Below are positions 1 through 10,275 of a DNA stretch of 64,000 bases, piece by piece. The notes beneath the pieces are model-generated. The model saw nothing but the letters and a program-made list of their open reading frames with translations, did no database searches and was not told the origin of the DNA. This DNA comes from an uncultured Actinomycetota bacterium. Its GTDB lineage: Bacteria > Actinomycetota > Thermoleophilia > Solirubrobacterales > Solirubrobacteraceae. The position numbers and the translations under genes were made by a program. Positions within the stretch are counted from its first letter, which is position 1. Each line of letters begins with the position of its first letter. Location of the stretch: assembly GCA_963758705.1 (NCBI GenBank), contig CAVWWN010000023.1, positions 542,050 to 606,049 on the forward strand, written 5' to 3'.

Positions 1-1534
1 CTGCGGCCATCTCCACCAGCGCCGGTACGTGCGCCGACGACAGGCCGACGGCGACCGGCACGGCGACGAGCGCCAGGCAGAACGCGGCGATCGTCGCCGG
101 GGCCACATCGTTCCACAGGTGGCGCAGCGCGTTCTCCGGCATCCGCGAGAGCATCACAACGTAGCTGACGACCAGGAACGCGGTGTGCACCACCGCCGCG
201 GCGATCGCCACCGCCGAGATCCCCAGCGGCGAGACGAACCACACTGCGGTGGCGTAGGCCACGAAGTGGGCCACGCCGAAGCCGAGCATCGCCCGCGAGC
301 GTCCGCCGGCAGCCAGAGCCACCCCGGCGGTGTCGATGACCAGCGTCGACGCCCCGCCGATGGCGAGGATCTGGGTGGGCACGATCACGGCGTCCCAGTC
401 TGGCCCGAGGAACCAGGGGATGAGGACCGGAGCGACGATGGCCAGCAGCGTCAGCAACGGGAACAGCATCATCGTCAGCAGCCGGGTCACCTCGCCCCGC
501 ATGTCGGCAAGCTCGGTCTCCGAGCTCGTCCGCGACAGGACCGGGAAGGCGACCGTGACCATCAGGTCCGACACCTTCTTCTGGTACTCGACGCCGAGGT
601 TATAGGCGCGGAAGTAGAGGCCGGCCGACAGCGTCCCCAGGCGTACGCCGACGATCGCGTAGTCACAGTTGCGGAAGCAGGTCCAGCTGATCGCGGCCAA
701 CGACGCCGGGCCACCAAACTCGAGCACCTCGCGCGCTTTGCGCCACAACAGCCGCGGCGCCGGCGGCGGGGCCCAGATCCAAGCGCCCACGGCGCCGACC
801 ACCGCACCGGCGAGCGTCCCGTAGACGATCGACTTGGCGCCGAAGCCGGCGACCGCCAAACCCACCGAGCCTCCGACGCGGAATGCCGTCGAGACCATGT
901 CCAGGATCGTGAGGCGGCGGAACTCGAGCTTACGGCGCAGCGTCGACGTCGGCACGATCGAGATCGCCGTGATGAGGCAGAACGGCGCGGTGAGCCGAAC
1001 CAGCGACGCGGTGGGGCCGCCGAAGATCGGCTCGGCAATGAACGTCGCCGCCAGCATCATCAGCCCGGCCAGGACGAGCCCGGTGATCAGCGCCAGCGCG
1101 TGGCCGGCCTGGATGTGCTCACGATCGGCGCCCTGGCGCTGCACCAGGGCGTTGCCAACGCCCTGGGACTGGATCCCGAGGGCCAGCTCCTGCGCGACGA
1201 CCGCCACGGCATAGGGGCCGAACTCGGCGGGCGGGATGAGCCGGGCCAGGACGACCATGGAGCCCAGCAGCGACAGCTCGGCCGTCACGCGGCCGATCGA
1301 GGTCCACCGCAAACCTCGCAGCGCCGCCGCGCGCAGCTCCTTGTTGGAGGACGGCTCGCCGTCCACCGCCGGCAGTTGGGTCTCATCCCCCTCCTGCGGA
1401 CGGTCGGCCTCCTGCGCAGCCACTGCATTCTTGGCCTCCTGCACCGCCACCGCATAATCGGCGGCCTGCACCGCGCCTCCCGCCTGGGCTGCCCGGCCGG
1501 CAGCCAGGTACTCGGCTTCGAGCTCGGCCAGCAT
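1..1534 (-). CDS. Wzx/MOP-family polysaccharide flippase; C-terminus runs off the left edge
   Basis: Absent from the ORF track because there is no stop in the window. My minus-strand translation from ATG (comp. 1532-1534) reads MLAELEAEYLAAGRAAQAGG...LRGLRWTSIGRVTAELSLLGSMVVLARLIPPAEFGPYAVAVVAQELALGIQSQGVGNALVQR... It stays open to position 1 with about 10 or more hydrophobic spans. The pattern fits a Wzx-type 'polysaccharide biosynthesis protein'. The overlapping + ORF 29..1702 is an Arg-rich antisense shadow. Confidence 0.7.
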   Translation of the reverse strand, partial: MLAELEAEYLAAGRAAQAGGAVQAADYAVAVQEAKNAVAAQEADRPQEGDETQLPAVDGEPSSNKELRAAALRGLRWTSIGRVTAELSLLGSMVVLARLIPPAEFGPYAVAVVAQELALGIQSQGVGNALVQRQGADREHIQAGHALALITGLVLAGLMMLAATFIAEPIFGGPTASLVRLTAPFCLITAISIVPTSTLRRKLEFRRLTILDMVSTAFRVGGSVGLAVAGFGAKSIVYGTLAGAVVGAVGAWIWAPPPAPRLLWRKAREVLEFGGPASLAAISWTCFRNCDYAIVGVRLGTLSAGLYFRAYNLGVEYQKKVSDLMVTVAFPVLSRTSSETELADMRGEVTRLLTMMLFPLLTLLAIVAPVLIPWFLGPDWDAVIVPTQILAIGGASTLVIDTAGVALAAGGRSRAMLGFGVAHFVAYATAVWFVSPLGISAVAIAAAVVHTAFLVVSYVVMLSRMPENALRHLWNDVAPATIAAFCLALVAVPVAVGLSSAHVPALVEMAA

Positions 1535-1617
1535 TCGGGGAGGGCGTGTGGTCACGGTGTCCCAGTCGATGTAAGACGCGTTCAACTCCGGCGGGACCGC
1601 CGTGCTCCGTTGCCGGC

Positions 1618-2532
1618 TCAAGGCGCCGAGGCTCCGAGACGCCGCGGATCGATGGCGCCGGTCATCCGGCGGCGCAGCTCGCGGCGGGTGAAGCGCCGGT
1701 AGTCGGCGTCCGGGACCCGCTCGGTGCGGCGCACCGCAGCACGCACGTACCCGTAGAGATACGCGACGCCCGAAAGGACCCGGGGTGGGGTCGCCGCCAG
1801 CCGGACCGCGCGCAGCGCGACCCACAGCGGCGTGTAGTGAGCGATGTAGGCACACTCGCCGACGCGGGCGCGACCGCGCAGGACGCCGTCGGCGCTGCTC
1901 AGCGGCCGCCGGTGGATCGACACCAGATCGGTGAAGCTATAGCTGCGAAAGCCCTTCATCCGGGCGTAGGTCTCGTCGATGGTGTCCCAGCCCAGCCGCT
2001 CCTGGACGCCGCCGATGGCCGCGAAGCACCGTCGGGTGTAGAGCTTGAGCGCCCCGTGGACGTGCGATCGCGGGATCTTGATCGGGCGCATCGAGCCGTC
2101 GGGCTGTGGCTCTTCCAGAACCCCGCCGGCGATGCCGAGCGTCGCGTCGGCGTCGAAGCGCTCGATCAGCGTGCGCAGGTAGTGCGGCGGCATCTCGATA
2201 TCGCCGTCCAGCTTCATGATGTGGCTGTACTCGCGCCAGGCATACCGGTCCAGCCCGGCGTTGAAGTTGCGCGGAGCCGCGGCGCGGGCGAGGCGGTCAC
2301 GGGCCCCGGAATGGGGCCGCGCGTGCTTGGCCTCGATCACCTCGAGGAAGGGCACCTCGGCTTCGAGGGAGCGCAGGATGGCCAGCGTGTCGTCGGTGGA
2401 GTCGTCGTCCATGACCAGCCACTTGCTCGGGATCAGCTCCTGGGCGGCCACCGCGCGGACCACGCGCTCGATGTGAGCCCCCTCGTTGCGCACGGGAGAC
2501 ACGATCAGGATCTTGGGGTTCGCTGAGTCCAC
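1618..2532 (-). CDS. Family-2 glycosyltransferase (GT-A fold)
   Basis: ORF 1618..2883 trimmed to the GTG at 2532 (residue V118 of the track ORF). A GGAGG lies just upstream, and the longer form would overlap asnB. Motifs: NPKILIVSPVRNEGAHIERVVRAVAAQ, LVMDDDSTDDT, MKLDGD. Confidence 0.8.
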   Translation of the reverse strand: MDSANPKILIVSPVRNEGAHIERVVRAVAAQELIPSKWLVMDDDSTDDTLAILRSLEAEVPFLEVIEAKHARPHSGARDRLARAAAPRNFNAGLDRYAWREYSHIMKLDGDIEMPPHYLRTLIERFDADATLGIAGGVLEEPQPDGSMRPIKIPRSHVHGALKLYTRRCFAAIGGVQERLGWDTIDETYARMKGFRSYSFTDLVSIHRRPLSSADGVLRGRARVGECAYIAHYTPLWVALRAVRLAATPPRVLSGVAYLYGYVRAAVRRTERVPDADYRRFTRRELRRRMTGAIDPRRLGASAP

Positions 2533-2549
2533 TCCGCGCCTCCTGAGAC

Positions 2550-4505
2550 TCAGGCCGCCGTCGCCAGTTCGGTTGCTTCGCCGGTCGCGGCGGCGCCCGA
2601 GCCACCGTCGGCGAACTCCCGATGCCATTGCTCGAGCATGAACAGGGCCCAGACCCGCTTGGAGTCCGTATCGAACCCGGACGCCTGGCGATCCACGATC
2701 GCGCGGACCGCGTCGGGATCGAAGTAGCCGCGGTCCACGGTGGCCGGGTCGAGCAGGACCTCGCGCACGTGCTCGCGGAGGTCGCCGCGGAACCAGTCGC
2801 CGACCGGGACCGAGAACCCCTGCTTGGGCCGGTCGAGGATCTCGTCGGGCAGCCAGCCGCGCAGCGCCTCGCGCATGATCCACTTCTTCTGACGGCCGTT
2901 GACCTTCATCTCTGCGGGGATGCGCGCCGCGAACTCCATCAGCTGGTGGTCGAGCAGCGGCGAGCGCGCCTCCAGCGCGTACGCCATCGTGGCGATGTCG
3001 ATCTTGGTGATCAGGTCGCCCGGGAGATAGGTGATGGCGTCAACCTCGAGCATCCGATCCACCACGTGGCTGCCGGACGCTGACCGCCAAGCGGAGTCGA
3101 TCACCTCGAGCGCGTCTGCGCCCTGCACCTGCGCCGCGAACTCACCGGTGTAGAGACGGCGGCGCTCGGCCCCGGTGAACAGCGACACGTAGCGCGCGTA
3201 GCGCGCCGCGGGGTCCAGCGGCAGTCCCGCCGCGAGCCGGCGCACCTTGTTGGCGATGCTCGTCTCACGGCCGGCGACGCCGCCGTTGTCGGCTCCACCG
3301 ACCGCTCGCAGCGCCCCGGCGGCGAGCGCTCGGCGCAGGCTCCCCGGGACCATGTCCATCCGTCCCGCCAACCGGTTGGCCACGTAGCGCGTGTAGCCGC
3401 CGAACGACTCGTCGCCGCCGTCGCCGTTGAGCGCGACGGTGACATGGCGCCGAGCGAGCTCGGAAAGCTGGAAGCACGGGATCGCCGAGGAGTCGGCGAA
3501 CGGCTCGCCGTAGTGGCGGACCATCTTGGGGACGATCTCGATCGCCTGAGGGGCGACGACGAACTCGTGATGGTCGGTGCCGAACAGTTGAGCGACCCGG
3601 CGGGCATGGGGAAGCTCGTCGTAGGCGGCGTTCTCAAAGCCGATGGAGAAGGTCTTGACCGGCCCGCCGCCGGCCTCGGCCATCGCCGCGACGACCGCGG
3701 AAGAGTCGATCCCGCCCGAGAGGAAGGCGCCGAGCGGCACGTCGCTGATCAGCCGGCGCCGGGTGGCAGCCCGGATGTGCTCGCGGATCGGCTCGTGGAG
3801 CTCGCGCGGGTCCGAGACCTCGAGCTTCGAGCTGTAGTCAAGGCTCCAGTAGCGCTCAATCGTCGCCTGGCCGTCACGCACCACCATGGTGTGCGCGGGC
3901 GGCAGCTTGCGCACCGCACGCAGGATGCTCCGAGGCGCGGGCACGTAGCCGTAGGCGAGATAGGCGTCGACGGCCTCGAGGTCGATGTCCCGCGGAATCT
4001 CGGGGTTCTTGAGCAGCGCCCCCATCTCCGACGCGAAGCTGAGCTCGCCGCGGTGCAGCGAGTAGAGCAGCGGCTTCTTGCCGATGCGGTCGCGCGCGAC
4101 GAGCAGCTGGCGACGCCGCGAGTCCCACAGTGCGAAGGCAAACATCCCGTGCAGGTGACGTACGCAGTCGACGCCGTGCTCCTCGTAGAGGTGGACGATG
4201 GTCTCGGTGTCCCCCAGGGTCGAGAACCGGTGGCCGCGCCGGGCGAGGTCGTGGCGCAGCTCCTGGAAGTTGTAGATCTCCCCGTTGAGGACCACGGCGA
4301 TCGTGCCGTCCTCGTTGTGGACGGGCTGGTCGCCGGTGACGAGGTCCACGACGCGCAGGCGCTGGATGCCGAGGCCGACCGGCCCGTCGACGAACATCCC
4401 CCGCGAGTCCGGCCCGCGGTGCTCGAGGCCGCGGCACATCCGCTCAACCAACTCCCGCGCCACGGGCGCGCCCGAGCTGTTGTATTTACCGACGATCCCG
4501 CACAT
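2550..4505 (-). CDS. asnB: Asparagine synthase (glutamine-hydrolysing), AsnB-type amidotransferase
   Basis: 651 aa. N-terminal MCGIVG gives the Ntn Cys2. LNGEIYNF and SGGIDSS (PP-loop) are present. Full-length and intact. Confidence 0.9.
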   Translation of the reverse strand: MCGIVGKYNSSGAPVARELVERMCRGLEHRGPDSRGMFVDGPVGLGIQRLRVVDLVTGDQPVHNEDGTIAVVLNGEIYNFQELRHDLARRGHRFSTLGDTETIVHLYEEHGVDCVRHLHGMFAFALWDSRRRQLLVARDRIGKKPLLYSLHRGELSFASEMGALLKNPEIPRDIDLEAVDAYLAYGYVPAPRSILRAVRKLPPAHTMVVRDGQATIERYWSLDYSSKLEVSDPRELHEPIREHIRAATRRRLISDVPLGAFLSGGIDSSAVVAAMAEAGGGPVKTFSIGFENAAYDELPHARRVAQLFGTDHHEFVVAPQAIEIVPKMVRHYGEPFADSSAIPCFQLSELARRHVTVALNGDGGDESFGGYTRYVANRLAGRMDMVPGSLRRALAAGALRAVGGADNGGVAGRETSIANKVRRLAAGLPLDPAARYARYVSLFTGAERRRLYTGEFAAQVQGADALEVIDSAWRSASGSHVVDRMLEVDAITYLPGDLITKIDIATMAYALEARSPLLDHQLMEFAARIPAEMKVNGRQKKWIMREALRGWLPDEILDRPKQGFSVPVGDWFRGDLREHVREVLLDPATVDRGYFDPDAVRAIVDRQASGFDTDSKRVWALFMLEQWHREFADGGSGAAATGEATELATAA

Positions 4506-4606
4506 TTCTCAGAAGGAACGGATTGAGCGCCGTGCTTTTCGCGCCGACGCGGAGGGGAATCCGGGCGTCGAAGGGGCGGTGCCGGGTCGGCGGGGTCCTG
4601 CCACCT

Positions 4607-5791
4607 CTAGGCGGCGTGAGCCAGGCTGGCCGAGGGGCCGGCGGCCCGCTCGTACGCCGCCACCAAGCTGCGCCCGGCACTGGCCCAGGTGAACCGCGGG
4701 GCAGCATCCAGGCAGGCGCCGCGCATACGGGCCAGACGTTCGGGGTGCTCGTGAAGCAACGTCATGTGCTCGGTCAGCGTCGCGACATCACCCACGCGGT
4801 GCACCAGAGCGTTGTCGTTGACCGCCACGGCGGCGCAGGCGTCTGATACGAGCGGCACGCAGCCACTGCCGACGGCCTCCATGCACGCCAGCGGCGACCC
4901 CTCCTCGATGCTCGGCAGCACGAACACATCGCTGTTGCGCATGAGCTCGGGGACGTCGTCGCGATGGCCGAGCACGCGCACGCTCGGGTGATCGAGCAGG
5001 TGCGCGATCCGCTCGCGGTAGGCCGGCAGGAACCCACCGGCGATGCTGAAGGTCCCGGTCTGTGACGCCGGAGAGTTCAGCCAGGCCTCGAGCGCGAAGT
5101 GCACGCCCTTGCGCACGGCGCAGACACCGACGAACAGCACCTGGAGCCCGTTCGGATCGCGCTGCCGCGCCGGTTCGGGGTGGTAGCGCTCGTGGTCGTA
5201 GCCGTACTGGTGGCGCAGGAGCCGTGAGTCCTCGAAGCCTTCCGCGCGAAACGTCGAGGCGACGAACTCCGACGGGCAGAGGAGATAGTCGGCGAGCCGG
5301 TACTCCTCCTCTTCCTTGGCCAGCCGCTCCGTGTTGTACGCATGCTCATGATCGGCCGGGAGCGTGACGCCGAGGCGTTCGCTCTCCCGCGCGACCACCT
5401 CGTAGGCAAACCGGGTGTGGGCGTTGGGCCGCTCGAGCACGGTGGGGATCCCCAGGCGCCGTGCGGCCAGCAGCGTCTCGCGTGCGGCGAGGGGCCAGGT
5501 GTGGACGACATCGAACCGGCCGGAATGCCGGCCCAGCCAGGCGGCCACGAGACGATCGTGGATGGCGAGGGTCCGGACGGTGCCGAACACTCGGTAGGGC
5601 AGCCGGACCGGTCCGCGCGACAGGGTCGCCCACGCCTTGACCTCCGGCGGGAGCTTCTTGTGCACCACCGCCGCGGCCACCGTCACATCCGCGCCCGCCG
5701 CAGCCGAGCCGGCGGCCTGATGCCATGCGGTCGTAGCGATCCGCTCAGCGCCGATCTTGTGAGGAAAGCTCTGCAGGACGCGCACGGTCAT
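4607..5791 (-). CDS. GT1/GT4-family glycosyltransferase (GT-B fold)
   Basis: 394 aa. C-terminal EGSPLACMEAVGSGCVPLVSD matches the E-x7-E-type GT4 motif. The ATG overlaps the stop of the upstream gene (ATGA). Confidence 0.8.
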   Translation of the reverse strand: MTVRVLQSFPHKIGAERIATTAWHQAAGSAAAGADVTVAAAVVHKKLPPEVKAWATLSRGPVRLPYRVFGTVRTLAIHDRLVAAWLGRHSGRFDVVHTWPLAARETLLAARRLGIPTVLERPNAHTRFAYEVVARESERLGVTLPADHEHAYNTERLAKEEEEYRLADYLLCPSEFVASTFRAEGFEDSRLLRHQYGYDHERYHPEPARQRDPNGLQVLFVGVCAVRKGVHFALEAWLNSPASQTGTFSIAGGFLPAYRERIAHLLDHPSVRVLGHRDDVPELMRNSDVFVLPSIEEGSPLACMEAVGSGCVPLVSDACAAVAVNDNALVHRVGDVATLTEHMTLLHEHPERLARMRGACLDAAPRFTWASAGRSLVAAYERAAGPSASLAHAA

Positions 5792-7251
5792 GCCAGGCGC
5801 TCCGCTCGGCGGGCGACACGCGCGACGCGCGCCGGAGCCTCCGGTGACGCGAGGACCACGAGCAGCCCGGCGAACGTCAGGAAGATGTAGGGCACGTGGG
5901 TGTAGGCCATCGAGTCAAACAGGAAGGACACCGTCAGGAACGAGACCGCGGCACACGCTGCGGCCAGCGCGGCCTTGCTGCGGTCGTCGGTCGAGCCCCG
6001 CACCAGCGGCACAGCGGTCCACACCACCGACACGATCATGGCGATGAAGGCGAACTCACCGACCACCCCGGTCTGGATGAGGTTGTCGAGCATCTGGTTG
6101 TCCAGGATTCGGTTCAGCAGCGAGTTGTAGCCACCGATCCCCTCGCCGAGAATGGGATGACTCATCACGATCGGGCGCACTGCGTCGTAGCCGTCGAGGC
6201 GGTGGACGGTGGTCCCCACCGCAGTGAGCTTGCCCCCGGTGAACTGCTGGATCACCGAGCCGATCGCTCCCGGGGCCAGGAAGTGTGAGGCGCCGACCAG
6301 GATGACCAGCAGCGGCACGAGTCGCAACAGGCGCCGCGGCCACATGACACCGAGCGCGACCAGGACGATCGCGGGAGCCACGATCGCCGTCTTCTTATAG
6401 GTCGCCAGACCGCCGGCCATGATGATGCACGCGGCTAGGCCGTAGAGGATCTGGTGGCGCAGGCGCGGCGACGTCATGAGCCCGATGAGCGCGATGGGCA
6501 GCGCCATCGAGAGCATGGCCGCGACCTCGAGTCCCACCGCGGTGGGGCCGAGAACCACGACGCGACCAATCTCGTCGACACCGCCGAGGGCGGGCGCATT
6601 GGTGACGAAGACCCCGGTGAAGATGGACTCCGAGAAGCCGTAGAAGGCGTTGTAGTGGAAGCGGTATTCCCAGATGACGCCAACGCCGCAGATCACGCCG
6701 AGGATGAGGATGTATTTGACGAACGCCCTCACCTCGCTGGGTCGGACCGAGCTGGCGATGACCCCGAACAGCGCGCACCAAGACGTCAACAGCAGCAACT
6801 GCTTGATCGCGATCTTGATCTCCAGCGCCTGGTTGAGCGCCTCCAGGTTGACGATGACGCTGAGGAAGCAGACGAGGAGGAACGCGGCGATCGCGATGTG
6901 GATGCCGCTCAGCGCCAGCCGCGGCGCGTTCCTCCCACCCACCGCCACTCCCATCCCCCATGCGAGCACGATGAACGGAAGCACAATGCGGTCCAGATGC
7001 AGGTCAAACGGCAGGTTCACCGTCAGCGAGATCGCGTCGACCGGGACCAGCCAGATCAGCGCGAGGAAGAACGCGATCAGCCACGGCAGCGGCCGCGTGG
7101 TATGCGGCCAGTCGTCGAGCAGCCGGGCCTGGGTCTTCGCCGCAGGGGGAGTCGGTCCTGAACGCGACGACGGCACGCGGCGTCCCGCAGTGTGGCCCGG
7201 CCCCCGGCGTGATTGCGTACGGGGCGCCGAGACTGTTGTCGACGAGCTCAC
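5788..7251 (-). CDS. O-antigen ligase/polymerase-like polytopic membrane protein (Wzy/WaaL family)
   Basis: 487 aa with about 10 or more TM spans, a large loop and a Pro/Arg-rich N-terminal tail. Start and stop are both coupled to neighbouring genes. The locus context is glycan assembly. Confidence 0.65.
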   Translation of the reverse strand: MSSSTTVSAPRTQSRRGPGHTAGRRVPSSRSGPTPPAAKTQARLLDDWPHTTRPLPWLIAFFLALIWLVPVDAISLTVNLPFDLHLDRIVLPFIVLAWGMGVAVGGRNAPRLALSGIHIAIAAFLLVCFLSVIVNLEALNQALEIKIAIKQLLLLTSWCALFGVIASSVRPSEVRAFVKYILILGVICGVGVIWEYRFHYNAFYGFSESIFTGVFVTNAPALGGVDEIGRVVVLGPTAVGLEVAAMLSMALPIALIGLMTSPRLRHQILYGLAACIIMAGGLATYKKTAIVAPAIVLVALGVMWPRRLLRLVPLLVILVGASHFLAPGAIGSVIQQFTGGKLTAVGTTVHRLDGYDAVRPIVMSHPILGEGIGGYNSLLNRILDNQMLDNLIQTGVVGEFAFIAMIVSVVWTAVPLVRGSTDDRSKAALAAACAAVSFLTVSFLFDSMAYTHVPYIFLTFAGLLVVLASPEAPARVARVARRAERLA

Positions 7252-8018
7252 CGAGCCGGCTCGATCTGTTTGCCGCCCAGCTTCCAGCCCACCCTGAACC
7301 TCGCCAGGAGCGCCGAGGCGAACAGGACCGACGCGAACGCGGTGCCGAACACCAGGAGCGCGATCTCCTTGCTCACGCCACCGTTGATGACCCCGCCGTA
7401 GGCGCTGCCCAGTTGGGTGAGGTCGACATGGGCCGCCGGATTGAGCCCCCGGTTGTTGTCCAGCGACGCGAGGTAGAGCTTCAGGCCCTTGACCGAGTCG
7501 TTGGCCAGGTCCACGGCAGCCGGGCCGCTCGGGGCCTGGGCGTAGATGTGGAGCACCGGCACGGTCGGATCGACCTGGAGCTGCAGCTTGTAATGATCGG
7601 CGGAGGCGAGGATGTCGGTCGCACTCGCCCCGCTGCCAGGCTCGGTGAGCGTCTGCGGCACGTTGGCCGTGACCGGCGACGTGGCCTGGATCCGTGACGA
7701 CGCGATGCCCATCAACTTGGCGATCTCGGCCTTGACGGGATCGGTGGCCATGAGGTTGCCGATCAGGGCCGCGCGCGCCTGTAGCGAGCCGAAGTCATCC
7801 GTACTGGCGTGGAGGTTGAGGATGTCCGACTGGGCCGTGTCGACCAGTAGCGTCGTCGACGCAGCGCCGATCTCCCAGTCACGCGAGTGCGCGCTCGGCG
7901 GGAGCAGCGACACCTGGTACACGCTGAGCACCGCCGCGGCAAGGCCGATGACCAGGGCCGCGACAAACCGTCCCCGCAACCTGAGCCGGGGCCGTGACTT
8001 GATGGAAAACCGCGCCAT
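7248..8018 (-). CDS. Bitopic membrane protein, possible polysaccharide co-polymerase/chain-length-determinant-like (paralog 1 of 3)
   Basis: 256 aa with an N-terminal TM (FVAALVIGLAAAVLSVY), an extracytoplasmic domain and a C-terminal TM (IALLVFGTAFASVLFASALLA). It shares the pattern LLPP...LLVDT...A..IAKLMGI with 8031..9128 and 11573..12289. Confidence 0.55.
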   Translation of the reverse strand: MARFSIKSRPRLRLRGRFVAALVIGLAAAVLSVYQVSLLPPSAHSRDWEIGAASTTLLVDTAQSDILNLHASTDDFGSLQARAALIGNLMATDPVKAEIAKLMGIASSRIQATSPVTANVPQTLTEPGSGASATDILASADHYKLQLQVDPTVPVLHIYAQAPSGPAAVDLANDSVKGLKLYLASLDNNRGLNPAAHVDLTQLGSAYGGVINGGVSKEIALLVFGTAFASVLFASALLARFRVGWKLGGKQIEPAR

Positions 8019-8030
8019 CTCAGTCGGGGG

Positions 8031-9128
8031 TCAGCGCCGCCCGAGCAGCCCGTTGAGCGCCCGCTTGCGCCCGTCACGCTCGGCCGTGACGTGGACCGTG
8101 GTGTCCACGACGGTCGGCGTCGGGTGGTACCGCGGGCCTTCGGCACTTCCGACCATCGCCGGCACGGCCTCACCCATGTGGGTCGGCTGATCGGGGACGA
8201 CCGCCTGCGGCGAGTCCGCGTCGTCGTCCGCGCCCTCGGCCGGGCTGTCAGTGATCGCGTGCAGCTGGAGGTCCCGCCGGCCCGAGGCCATAGCCGCGCC
8301 CGGGGTCAGCGCGAACACCGCGCGCAGGTCGTCGGCGTCGTCCTCGGCGACGCCGGGCTTGTCGTCGTGCACTTGGATCCGGCCGGCCGCCGCTTCGGCC
8401 TCCTCGTCGGACGCGCGCAGGCGGGTGCGGAGCCCGTCGACGAACAGGATCAGGTAGCAGCTGAGGCCGAGCAGGACGATCCCGGCGGCCGCGCCCAGGG
8501 CGCGGGAGGGCCCCGCTGTCGAGGTACCCGACTGACCTCCGAGCGCCTGGATCACAGGCTGGCGCGACGCGGGGATGTTCTGCGTTGCCGCAACCGTTTT
8601 GAGGTAGTTCTGGAGCGCACGCACGGCTCCGTCGGCCAGCTCGTTTGCCGCCGTCTCATTCGGGGCCTGAGCGGCGATCGACACCAGCGGCAGCGTCGAG
8701 TCGACACCGATCGTCAGGGTCGCCTGCTTCGCGGGCGGCACCGTCGCCGTCGCCAGAGGTGTCTGCACCGGCGCGGCTCCGGCGACCGCCGGCGGAATGA
8801 CGGAAAGGTTGTCGATCGGGATATTGGCCTCACGCGCGATCGCGACGCGGATCGGCTCGCTGGAGAACAGGTCGGCCAGAAGCTGGGCGTGGATGGAGAG
8901 CGAAGCGGCGCCCGACGGGTTGAGGTCAGCGACGATCGAGTCGGGGGTATCGACGAGAACGCGGTCGTTGGCAACACCGACGACGTAGCGCTTGCTCTGG
9001 AGTTGCGGCGGGAACCCCGGCTTGACGTGGTAGGTGAGGTTCACGGCCACCACTGCGGACAGCAGGACAGCGACGGCGAGGGCGATACGGTGGCGTCGCA
9101 GACGCCGCAGAGCGATGATCAGTTGCAT
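8031..9128 (-). CDS. Bitopic membrane protein, PCP/Wzz-like (paralog 2 of 3) with an acidic C-terminal tail
   Basis: 365 aa with the same N-TM/loop/C-TM layout: IALAVAVLLSAVVAVNL ... VLVDTPDS ... IAREANIPIDNLSV ... GIVLLGLSCYLILFV. An extra tail of about 120 aa rich in Asp/Ala follows. Confidence 0.55.
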   Translation of the reverse strand: MQLIIALRRLRRHRIALAVAVLLSAVVAVNLTYHVKPGFPPQLQSKRYVVGVANDRVLVDTPDSIVADLNPSGAASLSIHAQLLADLFSSEPIRVAIAREANIPIDNLSVIPPAVAGAAPVQTPLATATVPPAKQATLTIGVDSTLPLVSIAAQAPNETAANELADGAVRALQNYLKTVAATQNIPASRQPVIQALGGQSGTSTAGPSRALGAAAGIVLLGLSCYLILFVDGLRTRLRASDEEAEAAAGRIQVHDDKPGVAEDDADDLRAVFALTPGAAMASGRRDLQLHAITDSPAEGADDDADSPQAVVPDQPTHMGEAVPAMVGSAEGPRYHPTPTVVDTTVHVTAERDGRKRALNGLLGRR

Positions 9129-9219
9129 AGATGTGCGAGCGGAGGGTGGGGTACGGTCCGTCTCACTGAGAGCAACGCCCCGAAAGCCGCCGGGCTTTCG
9201 CAGCAGCTCGTGAGAGGTC

Positions 9220-10275
9220 TCAGAGGCCGGAGGTCATCGTCCGCAGCCGGCGCAGGTGATAAAGCGCGCGATGGGCGGCGCCGGTGACCACGAACGGCGG
9301 GAACCACATCGATCGTCGGGCCCCGATCGCCCTACGCAGACGAAAGCCATGCCATTCACGCAGGCGCGTCACGCTAGGACACACCTCGAACGCAAACTGC
9401 ACCAGCTCATCGACCGGAAGGGCGTTGGGACCCTCGGTGAGACCGCGGTCAACCGCGCGGCTCGCAGCCCACAGGGCTTGGCGGGCGAGCGCACGACCGA
9501 CCATTGCACGCAGCTCGTCGCGGTCTCGCAGGTCCCCGGGATCCGCGGCGAAGAGCGACGCGAACGCCTTGTAGCGCTCGCGCAGGTCGAGCATGGGGTC
9601 GCGGTCTGAGCGGAGCATGCTGTCGCTGTGCACGCGGTAGTAGGCCTGAGGGACGCCCTTGATGAAGGCGACGTCCGAAATCGCCGCGATCCGCAGCCAC
9701 ATGTTCAGGTCGCTGGTGTGAACACAGTCGGGGTCGTAGTGGCCGGCGGCGAGATGTACAGACGTCCGCACCACCACCTCGGGCGACGAGATGCAGTTGT
9801 GGGCCGACTCGCAACGGGTGCGCACCCAGCGCTCCCCGCTCCACACTTCCGTGCGGCGCCACCGGCCGCGGGGCGGAGGCGGCGGCCCCTCCCCTCGCAG
9901 GTAATGCGCCGGCCCGTAGACGAGACCGACGTTGGGGCGCTCCTCCATCACCTTGATGGCGCGTGCCAGCGAGCCCGGGACCAGGAAGTCGTCGGCGGAG
10001 AGCACCACGACGTAGTCGCTGTCCTGGGCCCACTCGAGCCCATGATTGATAGTGCCGATCAACCCTCGGTTCTGCCCATGGCGGCGGTACTCGATCCGGC
10101 TGTCGCCGTCCATGAGCCGCGCCGCAACCTCCGGCGTGTCGTCCGGTGAGCAGTCGTCGATGATCAGCACGCGCACCTGCACGCCGGGCTGATCCAGGGC
10201 GCTGGCGAGGCATCCTCCGAGCCACTTTGCGTAGTCGTAGCAGGGGACGATGACCTTGACGAGAGGCTCGCTCAT
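9220..10275 (-). CDS. Family-2 glycosyltransferase
   Basis: 351 aa. Motifs: VKVIVPCYDYAKWLGGCLASALDQ, LIIDDCSPDDT, VVVLSADDF (DxD). Confidence 0.85.
   Translation of the reverse strand: MSEPLVKVIVPCYDYAKWLGGCLASALDQPGVQVRVLIIDDCSPDDTPEVAARLMDGDSRIEYRRHGQNRGLIGTINHGLEWAQDSDYVVVLSADDFLVPGSLARAIKVMEERPNVGLVYGPAHYLRGEGPPPPPRGRWRRTEVWSGERWVRTRCESAHNCISSPEVVVRTSVHLAAGHYDPDCVHTSDLNMWLRIAAISDVAFIKGVPQAYYRVHSDSMLRSDRDPMLDLRERYKAFASLFAADPGDLRDRDELRAMVGRALARQALWAASRAVDRGLTEGPNALPVDELVQFAFEVCPSVTRLREWHGFRLRRAIGARRSMWFPPFVVTGAAHRALYHLRRLRTMTSGL

Noticed and set aside
29-1702. 557-aa plus-strand ORF. Similar very long Arg/Gly/Asp/His-rich ORFs also occur, for example 8091..9287 +, 10332..11735 +, 13203..14261 -, 14197..15588 -, 26067..27449 +, 27591..29342 +, 30477..32012 +, 54228..55328 - and 57742..59550 +.
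   Set aside because: They lie antisense to ORFs with clear family signatures, have Arg-dominated low-complexity composition, and show the wrong third-position bias. These are typical shadow ORFs of a stop-poor genome of about 70% G+C.
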